Under the pieces are notes generated by a model. The model made no database searches. It was not told the DNA's origin and saw only the letters and a program-made list of their open reading frames with translations. The position numbers and the translations under genes were made by a program. A stretch of DNA of 64,000 nt from an uncultured Gemmatimonadales bacterium (GTDB lineage: Bacteria; Gemmatimonadota; Gemmatimonadetes; Longimicrobiales; Gaopeijiaceae). The first letter of the stretch is position 1. The number at the start of each line of letters is the position of its first letter. The stretch lies in NCBI GenBank assembly GCA_963809895.1, contig CAWELD010000010.1, positions 672,001-736,000 of the forward strand, given 5' to 3'. This document shows positions 10,241-19,185 of the stretch, in pieces.

Positions 10241-10816
10241 ATGCGGGTGACGTGCGTGAGACACGGGGAGACCGAGCGCAATCGCCAGGGGGTGTTCTCC
10301 GGGGTGGGCTCCGAAGGGATTTCCGATACGCAGCGACAGGCGCTCGTGGGACTGGCGTTCGACGCCACTCCCTACGACGCGTTCTTCTGTAGCCCCGCGG
10401 TCCGGTGCCGGGAAACGGCCGCTGCCCTGGGGATTCAGGATCCGGTGATCGACCCGCGACTGGCGGAGCGCGAGTTCGGTGTGTTCGAGGGACTCACGGT
10501 GGAGGAATGCCGGACCCGACATCCCTCCTCGTTCGAGGCCTTCCGTCGCCTCGACGCCGAGTTCGTGATTCCCGGAGGCGAGAGCCGGGCCCAGCACCTG
10601 GAGCGCGTCATGGGATGGCTTCAGGGGGTCGTCAGGCACCGACACGTCCTCGCCATCACCCACGGCGGTACCATCGACTTTCTCTACCGCATGGGTGCCG
10701 GAGAGCCGATGCACGGCGGACCGACGGTGTTCGCCGGGCCGAACGCGGCGCGATCGACTTTCGAGGTCGACGGTCTGCGGGTTTCGGTCCTCGAGCACGG
10801 GGTGCCGCTGCTGTGA
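10241..10816 (+). CDS. Histidine phosphatase family protein
   Basis: RHGET, SP..R, L.E..FG.FEG, GGES, THGG. Confidence 0.92.
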   Translation: MRVTCVRHGETERNRQGVFSGVGSEGISDTQRQALVGLAFDATPYDAFFCSPAVRCRETAAALGIQDPVIDPRLAEREFGVFEGLTVEECRTRHPSSFEAFRRLDAEFVIPGGESRAQHLERVMGWLQGVVRHRHVLAITHGGTIDFLYRMGAGEPMHGGPTVFAGPNAARSTFEVDGLRVSVLEHGVPLL

Positions 10817-11146
10817 GCGGGGAGAGGGCCCCCATCCTCATCGGCTACTTTCCCAAGCGTAGCACCCTGCGCCCGGAGGGGTTCGAGGGTCGCCGCGATC
10901 CGGGAGATCTGCAGCGTTGGTCCGACCTTCGCCATGCTGGGCTACGACATCGTGGGCCGGGGCACGGACGCCTTCGAGTGTTCTCCTCTTTCGTGCAACG
11001 GGTGGGCGAGGGAAATCCCCACGAACCAATGGTGCCTCGTAGACGATCTGGACGAGGCCCTCCGGTTGGCATCCATCGCCGAGGCGAGCGGCTGTGAGCC
11101 GGGCGACTACCTGGTGGTGCAGGTGTGGCGGGAATCGGCGCCGTAG
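10813..11146 (+). pseudogene. Conserved hypothetical protein, frameshifted and probably internally deleted
   Basis: GTGA-coupled start, LIGYFPKR, then IREICSV-GPTFAMLGYD...FECSPLSCN after a frameshift near 10890. Confidence 0.55.
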
Positions 11147-11152
11147 CGCGTG

Positions 11153-11617
11153 TCAGCGGATGATGCGCGCCATGACGCGACCCTCGGTCCGGTGACCGTC
11201 CGCGTCGGCGAACGACACCGTGACCGGCCAGGCGGATTCGGCCTCGATCGCGGCGTAGAGGGCCGGGTCGTCGGAGGCGTCGATGGCGGTGCCGAACGTC
11301 TCCTCGACGCCGGATCCGGCCAGGTCGTCCTGGACCGTGATGGCAGCGCCGCCGCACTCGAGATCCGGATACACACCGATGGTCTGCACGACGTCGAGGA
11401 GGTTGTCGGTGCCCTGGGGATCGGTCGCCGTGGCGAACACCACCACCCCGTCGGTCTGCAACTCCAGTCCCACGTCCGTCACCACGGGTCCGTCGGCCTC
11501 CCCGATGAGCGGCAGGGACTCGGTCATGCAGGGGTCCTCGCCGGGGCCGGTGCTGTCGCCGCAGGCGGCGAGGGGGACGATGAGGAGAGCGGCAAGGGAC
11601 ACAGCGCGGAATGTCAT
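11153..11617 (-). CDS. Hypothetical lipoprotein
   Basis: MTFRAVSLAALLIVPLAAC lipobox; acidic beta-rich body. Confidence 0.75.
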   Translation of the reverse strand: MTFRAVSLAALLIVPLAACGDSTGPGEDPCMTESLPLIGEADGPVVTDVGLELQTDGVVVFATATDPQGTDNLLDVVQTIGVYPDLECGGAAITVQDDLAGSGVEETFGTAIDASDDPALYAAIEAESAWPVTVSFADADGHRTEGRVMARIIR

Positions 11618-11831
11618 GGTGCCTCGGGGTAGACGCGGGATGGCGGTTCGAGGATGAGTACGACGGATACCCCTGCAAGTGACAGACCAACCTCGGCCGC
11701 CGCCTGGCCGGCGGAGCGGGCGATCCTGACTCGGGCTGGCGCGCGGGGGCTGCCCGGGCGCATCTTGTCGCGTAGCAAAAGCGCCATCCCTCGCGCCTCG
11801 TTGGAGGCCACCCCCCCGGGAGGTTCCACTC

Positions 11832-12224
11832 GTGTCCCTGTCCGCCATCCGACATGAACTCGGCGTTCTGGCTGCATCATGCGTCCTGCTGTCCGCCTGC
11901 TCCACCACTGGCCGGACCGTGATGGGACCGCCGGCGCGGCCCGGAGCCGTGCTCACAGGCTTCAGCGAGCCCACGCGGGACCGGCCGGGCTTCGAGTTGT
12001 ATCTTCGGAACAACCTCGAGGAACCGGTCAAGGTGACCAGTATCACTCTGTACGAGTGTGAGAACGTGAAGGGGGGCTGTTTCCAGTGGGACCCCGAGCT
12101 CACGCTCGAGCCCGGTGAGGCGAAGCGAATCAAGGTGGTCGAGCCCGCTCTTCGCAACCGTGGCTTCACATATCGATGGCGATGGACGTATCGTCGGATG
12201 GGTGGGTCCGGTCCAGGTTCCTGA
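11832..12224 (+). CDS. Hypothetical lipoprotein
   Basis: Lipobox LLSAC; YECENVKGGC Cys pair. Confidence 0.72.
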   Translation: MSLSAIRHELGVLAASCVLLSACSTTGRTVMGPPARPGAVLTGFSEPTRDRPGFELYLRNNLEEPVKVTSITLYECENVKGGCFQWDPELTLEPGEAKRIKVVEPALRNRGFTYRWRWTYRRMGGSGPGS

Positions 12225-12257
12225 CGGCGGCCCTGCGACACCTTCGAAGAGGGTTGG

Positions 12258-13085
12258 ATGGCAGACCGAGATGATGAGGTTCTGAGCGAGGAGGAGGCGG
12301 CTCGGGTCTGGGGGATTTCCGCGCGGCTCCAGGCTGAGGCAGGAGACCGCGCCGAGGTGCAGGAGATCCCGGCCGCCGCCGACACCGAGCGGCCCGGGTA
12401 TGCCATCGAGCAGGTGCGAGCTGCCGCCCAGGAGGCCGGCATCGGTGACGAGTTCATCGACGCCGCCCTCGTGGAGATTCGCGCCGACCGGGCGCTCTCG
12501 CACCAGCGAGGGGGCCACTGGCTGGCGCGGAAGTTCCTGAAGGATCCACCGGACGCGATCACCGTCAGGCGAGTGATCGACGCCCCGCCTGAAGACGTCT
12601 TCGAGGTGATGAAGACCGTACTTCCGGCCGAGCCGTTCCGGCTCACCCTGACCGATCAGGAGGGCGATCCCCTGGACGGCGGATTCCTGCGCTTCGACCT
12701 GCCCGGCATGAAGGGGCCGTTCGAGCGGGGATTCGCGTTCGAGACCTCAGAGGCCGGGCTCCGAGAGCTCTTCGTCTCGCTCCGTGGCACCGGAGGGACC
12801 GAGGCGGCGTGCGAGCTCACCGTCCGCAGCCCCGTCACGTCGCACAATCTGGGCCTGGGCGTCGGAGTGGTGGCCACTGCCCTGGGCGCCGCGGCCGTGG
12901 GCGCGATCGGGCTCGCGACCGGGCTCGGCCCCATCGTGATCGTCGGCGGCGGTGTCGTCGGTGCGGGTCTCGGCGTGCGGGGGTTCCGAGGGCTGTACGG
13001 ATACGCCATGCGACGAGCTCGCAGAGCGCTGGAAGGGCTCGTCGGTGCGGTGGCGACCCGGGCCACGGGGACCTGGCATGGATAG
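12258..13085 (+). CDS. Hypothetical membrane protein (family with three copies in the window)
   Basis: N-terminal LSEEEAARVW...AAAQEAGI helical motif; C-terminal glycine-rich TM hairpin. Confidence 0.8.
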   Translation: MADRDDEVLSEEEAARVWGISARLQAEAGDRAEVQEIPAAADTERPGYAIEQVRAAAQEAGIGDEFIDAALVEIRADRALSHQRGGHWLARKFLKDPPDAITVRRVIDAPPEDVFEVMKTVLPAEPFRLTLTDQEGDPLDGGFLRFDLPGMKGPFERGFAFETSEAGLRELFVSLRGTGGTEAACELTVRSPVTSHNLGLGVGVVATALGAAAVGAIGLATGLGPIVIVGGGVVGAGLGVRGFRGLYGYAMRRARRALEGLVGAVATRATGTWHG

Positions 13086-13099
13086 TCGTCGACGGAAAG

Positions 13100-13115
13100 C
13101 GTTTCAGCTGAAACG
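13100..13115. promoter_or_regulatory. Perfect 16-bp palindrome, parS-like
   Basis: CGTTTCAGCTGAAACG; the palindrome is certain, the function is not. Confidence 0.4.
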
Positions 13116-13188
13116 TCCGCTCGCACGCGCATCGACCGCAGCGCGCGCGGAGGTCGGCGGTGGCCAGCCGTGCAGCCGGAGGAGAGAC

Positions 13189-13321
13189 CGAGTCAAACTA
13201 TACCACTGGAGCGGGGCTTTCGAACGGTTCGTCGACAAGACTCGCTGAGCGAGTTGAACTCGTCTAATCGAGGTTGGCGCCGGACACCCGTTGTCGACTT
13301 TGACTCGCTCAGCGAGTCGAA
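13189..13321. repeat. Two palindromic operator-like direct repeats plus one half-site
   Basis: ACTCGCT-G-AGCGAGT (13240-13254), GACTCGCT-C-AGCGAGTC (13302-13318), each preceded by GTCGAC; half-site CGAGTCAAA (13189-13197). Confidence 0.7.
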
Positions 13322-13523
13322 TCGGCAAATCGTCGCTGAAAGGGGCTCCAATGGAACCGGAGCGACATCCGCCTCCCGTTGCGGGTGGCGTCTCGTCCGG
13401 TGCTGCCCCCTCCTGGCATCGGCCACATGGCGCTCACCTTGCGGAGCGTGCTGCTCACGCCGATGGTGGTTCTCCACGGCTGCGGCACTTTGAAAGACCT
13501 GCATCTCGTGATGGAGAAGGACG

Positions 13524-14771
13524 ATGTCACGTCGCCCTCGCAGGAACCAAAGCCCCCTTCAGCACACGGGGATCGTCGCCGTCCTGACGGTTCTGGCTGT
13601 CGTTGGATGCGAGTCAGATACCCGCCTGGGCGACGCCGGGCCCGTCACCCTGGCCGCCGCGGACGTGCACGTGCTGGGCACGTCGACGGCCATCGCCGAG
13701 GTGCGAGATCTCGCCGCGCTGCCGGATGGCTCGACCTGGGTGCTCAACTCGGTGGCGCCCTTCTTCGTCGGCTTCGATGGGGAAGGGGAGCTCATCGATG
13801 CCTACGGGTCGGCGGGCGGTGGTCCCGAGGAGTTCCGCATGCCGGCGGGATTCCTGGAGGGCAACCTCGATGGCCAGGCGTGGGTCTTCGACTTCCTCCG
13901 GCACGCCTTCATCCGGATTTCGGAGCCCGGTGGCGAGCGGACCGAGATCGACCTCCCGCGACAGGAGATACCGGCAGGCACGGTCCGTGGCGGGATGAGT
14001 CTGTTGAGCAACACCGTGCGGACGGCGCGCCTGGGAGACGAGATTGTCATCCCGTGGAGCACCGGGACCATGAGCGAGGGCGTCGCTGCATACCATCTTT
14101 CGCTCATGAAGGCCCACCTCGCGGCTCTGGATCCCGGCACGGGCTCGGTGCGGCAGATCGTCTCGCTCGGCGACGCGCTCGAGGACCCGTCCGACGACTT
14201 CACGGCCCTCGACGGGGGCTTCCCGCTCTGGTACCGGTTGTGGGGGGTCTGCGGCGACAGGGTCCGCGTGTACGACCGCGTTCGAAATCAGTTGCGGGGC
14301 TTCACGGCCTCCGGCGATGAGGTGGATGCCGTCGAACTACCTCCGCCGCCGTTTACCGGAGTGACCCCGCACCAGTTCGCGCTGGCGGTCTTCCCGCTGC
14401 GGCAGGCCGAGGTCACGGGCGCTGTCGGAGAGCGGATGTCCGAAGCGGACAGCGTGCGCCTCCTCAACCGGATGGCGCAGGGCTTTACGGCGAGCCCCAG
14501 CGAGCTCGCCGCCTACCTGCCTCTGTACGTGGACTTCAGATGTTCGAGCGACGGAACCATGTGGCTGCAGCCGCTGGACCCGGACATCGGGGCCCTGAAG
14601 GGCGCGCGTACATGGCTGCGGCTGACGCCCGACGGCGACCTGCGCCGGGTTCAGTTCCCGGAGCGCTTCGACCCCATGCGCTTCAGCCCGGACCGGATCT
14701 GGGGGATCCAGCGCGACGAGCTGGACGTGGCGTCGGTGGCGTGGATCGACCTGTCACAGGATCTCCCGTGA
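13524..14771 (+). CDS. 6-bladed beta-propeller-like lipoprotein (close paralog of 1927..3153)
   Basis: Lipobox VVGC, GSAGGGPEEF, RDELDVASVAW. Confidence 0.82.
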   Translation: MSRRPRRNQSPLQHTGIVAVLTVLAVVGCESDTRLGDAGPVTLAAADVHVLGTSTAIAEVRDLAALPDGSTWVLNSVAPFFVGFDGEGELIDAYGSAGGGPEEFRMPAGFLEGNLDGQAWVFDFLRHAFIRISEPGGERTEIDLPRQEIPAGTVRGGMSLLSNTVRTARLGDEIVIPWSTGTMSEGVAAYHLSLMKAHLAALDPGTGSVRQIVSLGDALEDPSDDFTALDGGFPLWYRLWGVCGDRVRVYDRVRNQLRGFTASGDEVDAVELPPPPFTGVTPHQFALAVFPLRQAEVTGAVGERMSEADSVRLLNRMAQGFTASPSELAAYLPLYVDFRCSSDGTMWLQPLDPDIGALKGARTWLRLTPDGDLRRVQFPERFDPMRFSPDRIWGIQRDELDVASVAWIDLSQDLP

Positions 14772-14824
14772 TGCCCTCAGTGGTCGCGTACGCAGTGCGC
14801 AGCGGAGGTGCCCATGGGTGGTGA
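14768..14824 (+). other. 18-aa mini-ORF linking two genes
   Basis: GTGA overlap with stop at 14771; carries GGAGG RBS and overlaps ATG 14814 by 11 nt. Confidence 0.45.
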
Positions 14825-15221
14825 TGCAGTGCCTCGTCCTGGACGGCTCGAGGCCGTCCACCCCGTCCTCATGTGTCGTGACGTCAGCCGCACCATGGAG
14901 TTCTTCCAGCGGCTCGGGTTCAGGGTCCGGTTCATCGACGACTCCGGGGACCCGCGCTACGCCGGGGTCTCGCGCGACGCCGTGGAGCTTCATCTCCAAT
15001 GGCACGACGACAGCCAGTGGGACCACGAGGGCGACCTGCCCTGCTACCGATTCCTGGTGCGGGACATCGATGCGGTGTTTTCCGAATTCGAAAGCGAGGG
15101 GATCGCTCCGGGCGCGCCGAAGGGCCCATGGTGTAGGCCTGCCGACACCCCCTGGGGCACCCGCGAATTCCACCTTCACGACCCCGACGGCAACGTCCTG
15201 CAGTTCTACCAGTCGTCATGA
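14814..15221 (+). CDS. VOC (glyoxalase/bleomycin resistance) family protein
   Basis: FFQRLGF, DIDAVF, TPWGTREFHLHDPDGNVLQF. Confidence 0.9.
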   Translation: MGGDAVPRPGRLEAVHPVLMCRDVSRTMEFFQRLGFRVRFIDDSGDPRYAGVSRDAVELHLQWHDDSQWDHEGDLPCYRFLVRDIDAVFSEFESEGIAPGAPKGPWCRPADTPWGTREFHLHDPDGNVLQFYQSS

Positions 15222-15259
15222 TCGTCACTGCCGTGGCCCTCGTTCGGAAGCCGACGTGA
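15218..15259 (+). other. 13-aa mini-ORF (MIVTAVALVRKPT) coupled at both ends
   Basis: ATGA overlap with stop at 15221 and GTGA overlap with start at 15256. Confidence 0.5.
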
Positions 15260-15864
15260 AGGATTCCATCATCGAGCTGTACGAGCGCAATGCAGCGGCG
15301 TACGACCGCGACCGGGGTCGAGGTCTCCAGGAGCGGGCCTGGCTGGACCGCTTCCTGGACCACGTGAGGCCTGGTGGCGCCGTGCTCGACCTGGGGTGCG
15401 GGATGGGAGAGCCCATCGCTCGCTACCTGATCGAGAGCGGGTACGAGGTAGTAGGGGTCGACAGCTCATCCACCATGATCGAGCTCTGCCGCCAGCGCTT
15501 TCCGGCGGCCGAGTGGCATGTCGCAGACATGCGCCAGGTGGACCTGGCACGGCGATTCGACGGCATCCTCGCCTGGGACAGCTTCTTCCACCTGGGCCAC
15601 GATGACCAGCGGGCCATGTTCGCGCGATTCGCGTCGCACGCGAAGCCCGGCGCGGCGCTCATGTTCACGAGCGGCTCGGAAGAGGGGGAGGCCATCGGGT
15701 CGTACGAGGGCGAACCGCTCTACCATGCGAGCCTGAGCACGGAGGAGTACCGGCGGCTGCTGGAAGCTCACGGCTTCTCCGTGAGGGCGCATGTGGAGGA
15801 CGACCCCGCCTGCGGGGGGCACACGATCTGGATCGCGAAGCACGCGGGAGCGGCCGCCTCGTGA
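15256..15864 (+). CDS. Class I SAM-dependent methyltransferase
   Basis: VLDLGCGMG, FDGILAWDSFFHL. Confidence 0.92.
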   Translation: MKDSIIELYERNAAAYDRDRGRGLQERAWLDRFLDHVRPGGAVLDLGCGMGEPIARYLIESGYEVVGVDSSSTMIELCRQRFPAAEWHVADMRQVDLARRFDGILAWDSFFHLGHDDQRAMFARFASHAKPGAALMFTSGSEEGEAIGSYEGEPLYHASLSTEEYRRLLEAHGFSVRAHVEDDPACGGHTIWIAKHAGAAAS

Positions 15865-16016
15865 GGGATGGCGTAGTGCGACGCCGAGGTGCTGTGTCCG
15901 TCCTCGCGTGCGCCACGGCGCTGCTGAGCCTGGCCTGCGCTGACTACCGCTACACCCTCCGGTGCTCCGCGGACTGTGCTCTGCTCGGACGCGCCGGCCC
16001 GGGGTTCCTCAACTGA
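15861..16016 (+). CDS. 51-aa putative micro-lipoprotein
   Basis: GTGA-coupled; RRR, hydrophobic core, LSLAC lipobox; below the ORF-track cutoff. Confidence 0.45.
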   Translation: MRDGVVRRRGAVSVLACATALLSLACADYRYTLRCSADCALLGRAGPGFLN

Positions 16017-16048
16017 TGGGCGTTTTCACCGCACGCGAGCGAACGCTG

Positions 16049-16077
16049 TTGCATATTTAACTGCGCTGTAGTACAAT
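16049..16077 (+). promoter_or_regulatory. Sigma70-type promoter for padR
   Basis: TTGCAT-N17-TACAAT. Confidence 0.7.
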
Positions 16078-16100
16078 CGCCGCACCCCCGATTCTACGAG

Positions 16101-16448
16101 GTGTCTGCGATGGAATCCCTCGGTGCCTTCGAGCAGTTGGTGCTCTTCTGCGTGCTGCGGCTCGCCGACGATGCCTACGGCGTGACGATCCGTGAGACGC
16201 TGGAGGAGCGGACCGGACGCGTGGTGTCGTCGGGCGCCATCTACACGGCGTTGGCGAGGCTCGAGGAGCGCGGGCTGGTGACCTCGTGGGTGGGGGAGCC
16301 CACGCCCGGCCGCGCGGGCCGTCCTCCGAAGTACTACCGCGTGGAGCCGCCCGGCGCCCAGGCTCTGCTCGCTGCCTACGAGGACCTGAAGTCGGTGGCC
16401 GGCGGGGTCGAAGCAGAGCTCTCGGCGCTGGCAGAGGGAGGATCGTGA
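16101..16448 (+). CDS. PadR family transcriptional regulator
   Basis: LGAFEQLVL, AYGVTI, GAIYTALARLEERG, GRPPKYY. Confidence 0.92.
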   Translation: MSAMESLGAFEQLVLFCVLRLADDAYGVTIRETLEERTGRVVSSGAIYTALARLEERGLVTSWVGEPTPGRAGRPPKYYRVEPPGAQALLAAYEDLKSVAGGVEAELSALAEGGS

Positions 16449-19129
16449 GACCCGGGCCCGGACGAGCACTCCGCTGGCTCGCCTCCGTTCTGATCCGGGG
16501 TCCGGGCTCGCGCTTCGTGCTCGGGGACCTGGACGAGGCGATGCAGCGGGATCTCGAGCGGGGCGTGCCGTTGGGGCAGGCTCGGGCACGATACCTGGGA
16601 AACACGCTGGCTTCGGCCTCGAGCCTTGCTTGGGCCCGCGTGTGGCGGCGAGTAGGGTCCCTGCGCGTACCCGGCCTGTCCTGGGTGGACGTGAAGCTCG
16701 GGTGGCGCGTGCTCTGGAAGCATCCGGTGCTCTCGGGAGTCTCGGTCCTGTCGCTGGCCGTGGGGATTCCTCTCGGCCTGGTTCCGGGGCGCGTCATCGA
16801 TGCCCTGGAGGCGCCGCTCCCGGTGGATCACGGCGAGCGCGTCGTGGGCCTCCGCTACTGGAACGTGGAACGATCCGGGCCGGCCCCTGCCACCCTGTAC
16901 GATCTGTCGGTGTGGCGTGAGGCGCTGACCTCGTTCGAAGATCTCGGGGCCGTCCGCGAGGTCCAGGTGAATCTGGACACGGGCACGGACGGCGGACGCC
17001 TGGTCCAGGGCGCACAGGTGACGGCGTCGACCTTCCGAGTCCTGCGGGCGCGACCCTTGTTCGGCCGGATGCTCGACGCGGGAGACGAGCGCCCTGGTGC
17101 CCCGCCCGTGGTGGTGCTGGGCTACGGAATCTGGCGCGGGCGCCTGGGGGCGGATCCTGGGGCGATCGGCGCCACCGTCCGGATCGCGGGCGTGCCCCAC
17201 ACGGTGGTGGGCGTGATGCCCGAGGGATTCCGTTTTCCCCAGCATCAGCAGATGTGGGTGCCTCTGCCGCACGCGTCGGTGGGTGCGGAGGCCCGAGGCC
17301 CGGATGTCCTCGTCTTCGGCCGCCTCGCGGACGACGCGACCCTGGCTGCGGTCCGGGAAGAGTCCGCGGTCGTGGGCCATAGGCTGGCCGCCGATCATCC
17401 GGAGCAGTATCCCCGGCTGCGTGCCGAAGTCGTCTCGTTCGCCGCGGCTGCGCTCGGTTGGCCAGCGGGCGGGCTGCGCGAGGTGCCCGCGGTCCGGCTG
17501 ATTCAGGGGCTCGCCCTGATCCTGCTGCTGGTGGCCTGCGTGAACGTGGGCCTGCTCGTTCTGGCGCGTGCCGCGACCCGGTCCGCGGAGCTCGCGGTGC
17601 GCACGGCGCTGGGAGCGAGTCGGATGCGCATCGTCTCGCAGGTATTCACCGAGGGCCTGGTGCTGGCCGTGCTGGCTGCAGGGCTCGGCGTGGTGCTCGT
17701 GTTCGGGACGATCGGCCGGCTGATGGACGCGGTGTGGGCGTCGGGGCTCCCGAGAATCCCGTATTGGGTGGAGTTGGGGTTCAGCGCGAAGACCGTCCTG
17801 CAGGCGCTCATCCTGGCCGGTATCAGCGCGGCGGCGGCTTCCGTGCTGCCGGCGCTGCGGGTCACCCGCGAACGCAGCGCCGGAGACATTCGCCGTGCAG
17901 GCGGCCCGGCGTGGTCCGGCGTCCGATTCGGGCTCGGAGCCACGGCCTTGATCGTGGCTGACGTGGCCATGGCCGTGGCAGTGACGGGGGCCTCGATCGG
18001 CGCCGGCTATCGGTCCCGCACGGCCCTGTCGAGGCAGGGCGTCGGGAGCTTTCCTGCCGACGAGTACCTCATGGTGGAGGTGCGCCTTCCCGAGAACGGA
18101 CTCTTTACGACCGAGAGAGACACGCCACAGGCCCTCGCCAGCCGCCGCCGGTCGCTGGAGGAACGACTCGTCGCACGCCTACAGGCGGAGCCCGGGGTTC
18201 GAGGCGTGGCCATCGCCAGCGCCCTACCCGGCATGGACCATTCGCGACGGTACGTCGAGGTTGACGGGCGCCTCGACGCCATCGACCGAGCCTCGGTCCG
18301 GCTCGGCTTCTTCCGTGTCTTCGATCGCCCGGTGGTCGCGGGCCGCGATTTTCGACCCGACGACCTCGAGGGCGATCGGCAGGTCGTGATCGTGAACCGC
18401 GCCTTCCAGAAGGAGTTGATGGGCGGGCGGAATCCCCTGGGCCAGACGCTGCGCTACCCCAGCGACGGCGAGTCGGCCCCGTCGTACGAGATCGTGGGTG
18501 TCGCGCCGGATCTCGGCGCGGATCCGCTGAATCCCAGCGGGGGCGCGGCGGTGTATCACGTGGTGGGCGCCGGTGAGCTCAATGCCCTCCTCATGGCCAT
18601 CCACCTGGGTCCCGACCCCACATCCTTCACGCCCCGCATCCGTGCGCTGGTTGCCGAGACCGACCCAGCGGCCATTCTGGGCGGGCCAGTGCGACTCGAT
18701 CGCGTGAGCGTCGAGGCGGCGGGCGTCCTCATTGCCGCTACGACGGGGCTCGCAGTCCTGGCGGGCATCCTCCTGGCCCTTGCAGCTTCAGGCGTCTACG
18801 CCATCATGTCGCACACGGTGTCCCGTCGGACGCGCGAGATCGGCATCCGCGCGGCGCTGGGAGCGAGACCAGCCAGGATCGCCGTGACCATCGGTCGCCG
18901 GGCGGCACTGCAACTGGGTGCCGGCGCGCTGCTCGGCTCACCGTTGGCCGGTTGGCTGTACTTTCTCGTACAGGACGATCCAGGGACCGCGCGGGCGGCC
19001 ATCGCCACCGCGGCGCTCGGTCCGGGCCTGGCTGTGACGCTGCTGGTGGGCACGGCGGCGTGCACTCCCCCTCTGCTCCGGGTCTTGCGCTGCACCCCGA
19101 CCGAGGCCATTCGGGGGGGTAGGAGATGA
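16445..19129 (+). CDS. ABC transporter permease, duplicated MacB/FtsX (ADOP-type)
   Basis: VVGVMPEGF, VACVNV.LL.LAR, ELAVRTALGA, RTREIGIRAALGA; GTGA-coupled to padR. Confidence 0.92.
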   Translation: MRPGPGRALRWLASVLIRGPGSRFVLGDLDEAMQRDLERGVPLGQARARYLGNTLASASSLAWARVWRRVGSLRVPGLSWVDVKLGWRVLWKHPVLSGVSVLSLAVGIPLGLVPGRVIDALEAPLPVDHGERVVGLRYWNVERSGPAPATLYDLSVWREALTSFEDLGAVREVQVNLDTGTDGGRLVQGAQVTASTFRVLRARPLFGRMLDAGDERPGAPPVVVLGYGIWRGRLGADPGAIGATVRIAGVPHTVVGVMPEGFRFPQHQQMWVPLPHASVGAEARGPDVLVFGRLADDATLAAVREESAVVGHRLAADHPEQYPRLRAEVVSFAAAALGWPAGGLREVPAVRLIQGLALILLLVACVNVGLLVLARAATRSAELAVRTALGASRMRIVSQVFTEGLVLAVLAAGLGVVLVFGTIGRLMDAVWASGLPRIPYWVELGFSAKTVLQALILAGISAAAASVLPALRVTRERSAGDIRRAGGPAWSGVRFGLGATALIVADVAMAVAVTGASIGAGYRSRTALSRQGVGSFPADEYLMVEVRLPENGLFTTERDTPQALASRRRSLEERLVARLQAEPGVRGVAIASALPGMDHSRRYVEVDGRLDAIDRASVRLGFFRVFDRPVVAGRDFRPDDLEGDRQVVIVNRAFQKELMGGRNPLGQTLRYPSDGESAPSYEIVGVAPDLGADPLNPSGGAAVYHVVGAGELNALLMAIHLGPDPTSFTPRIRALVAETDPAAILGGPVRLDRVSVEAAGVLIAATTGLAVLAGILLALAASGVYAIMSHTVSRRTREIGIRAALGARPARIAVTIGRRAALQLGAGALLGSPLAGWLYFLVQDDPGTARAAIATAALGPGLAVTLLVGTAACTPPLLRVLRCTPTEAIRGGRR

Positions 19130-19185
19130 TCCCCGACTCGACCCCTTCCTCTCACACCCGGCTGGAATCGAATGTCGGATCCTGA
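19126..19185 (+). other. 19-aa mini-ORF linking two genes
   Basis: ATGA overlap with stop at 19129; 14-nt overlap with ATG 19172. Confidence 0.4.

Noticed and set aside
13231..13321. CRISPR mini-array (two ~28-bp palindromic repeats, ~34-bp spacer)
   Set aside because: Only two imperfect units, palindrome with a 1-nt centre suits an operator, no cas genes or leader.
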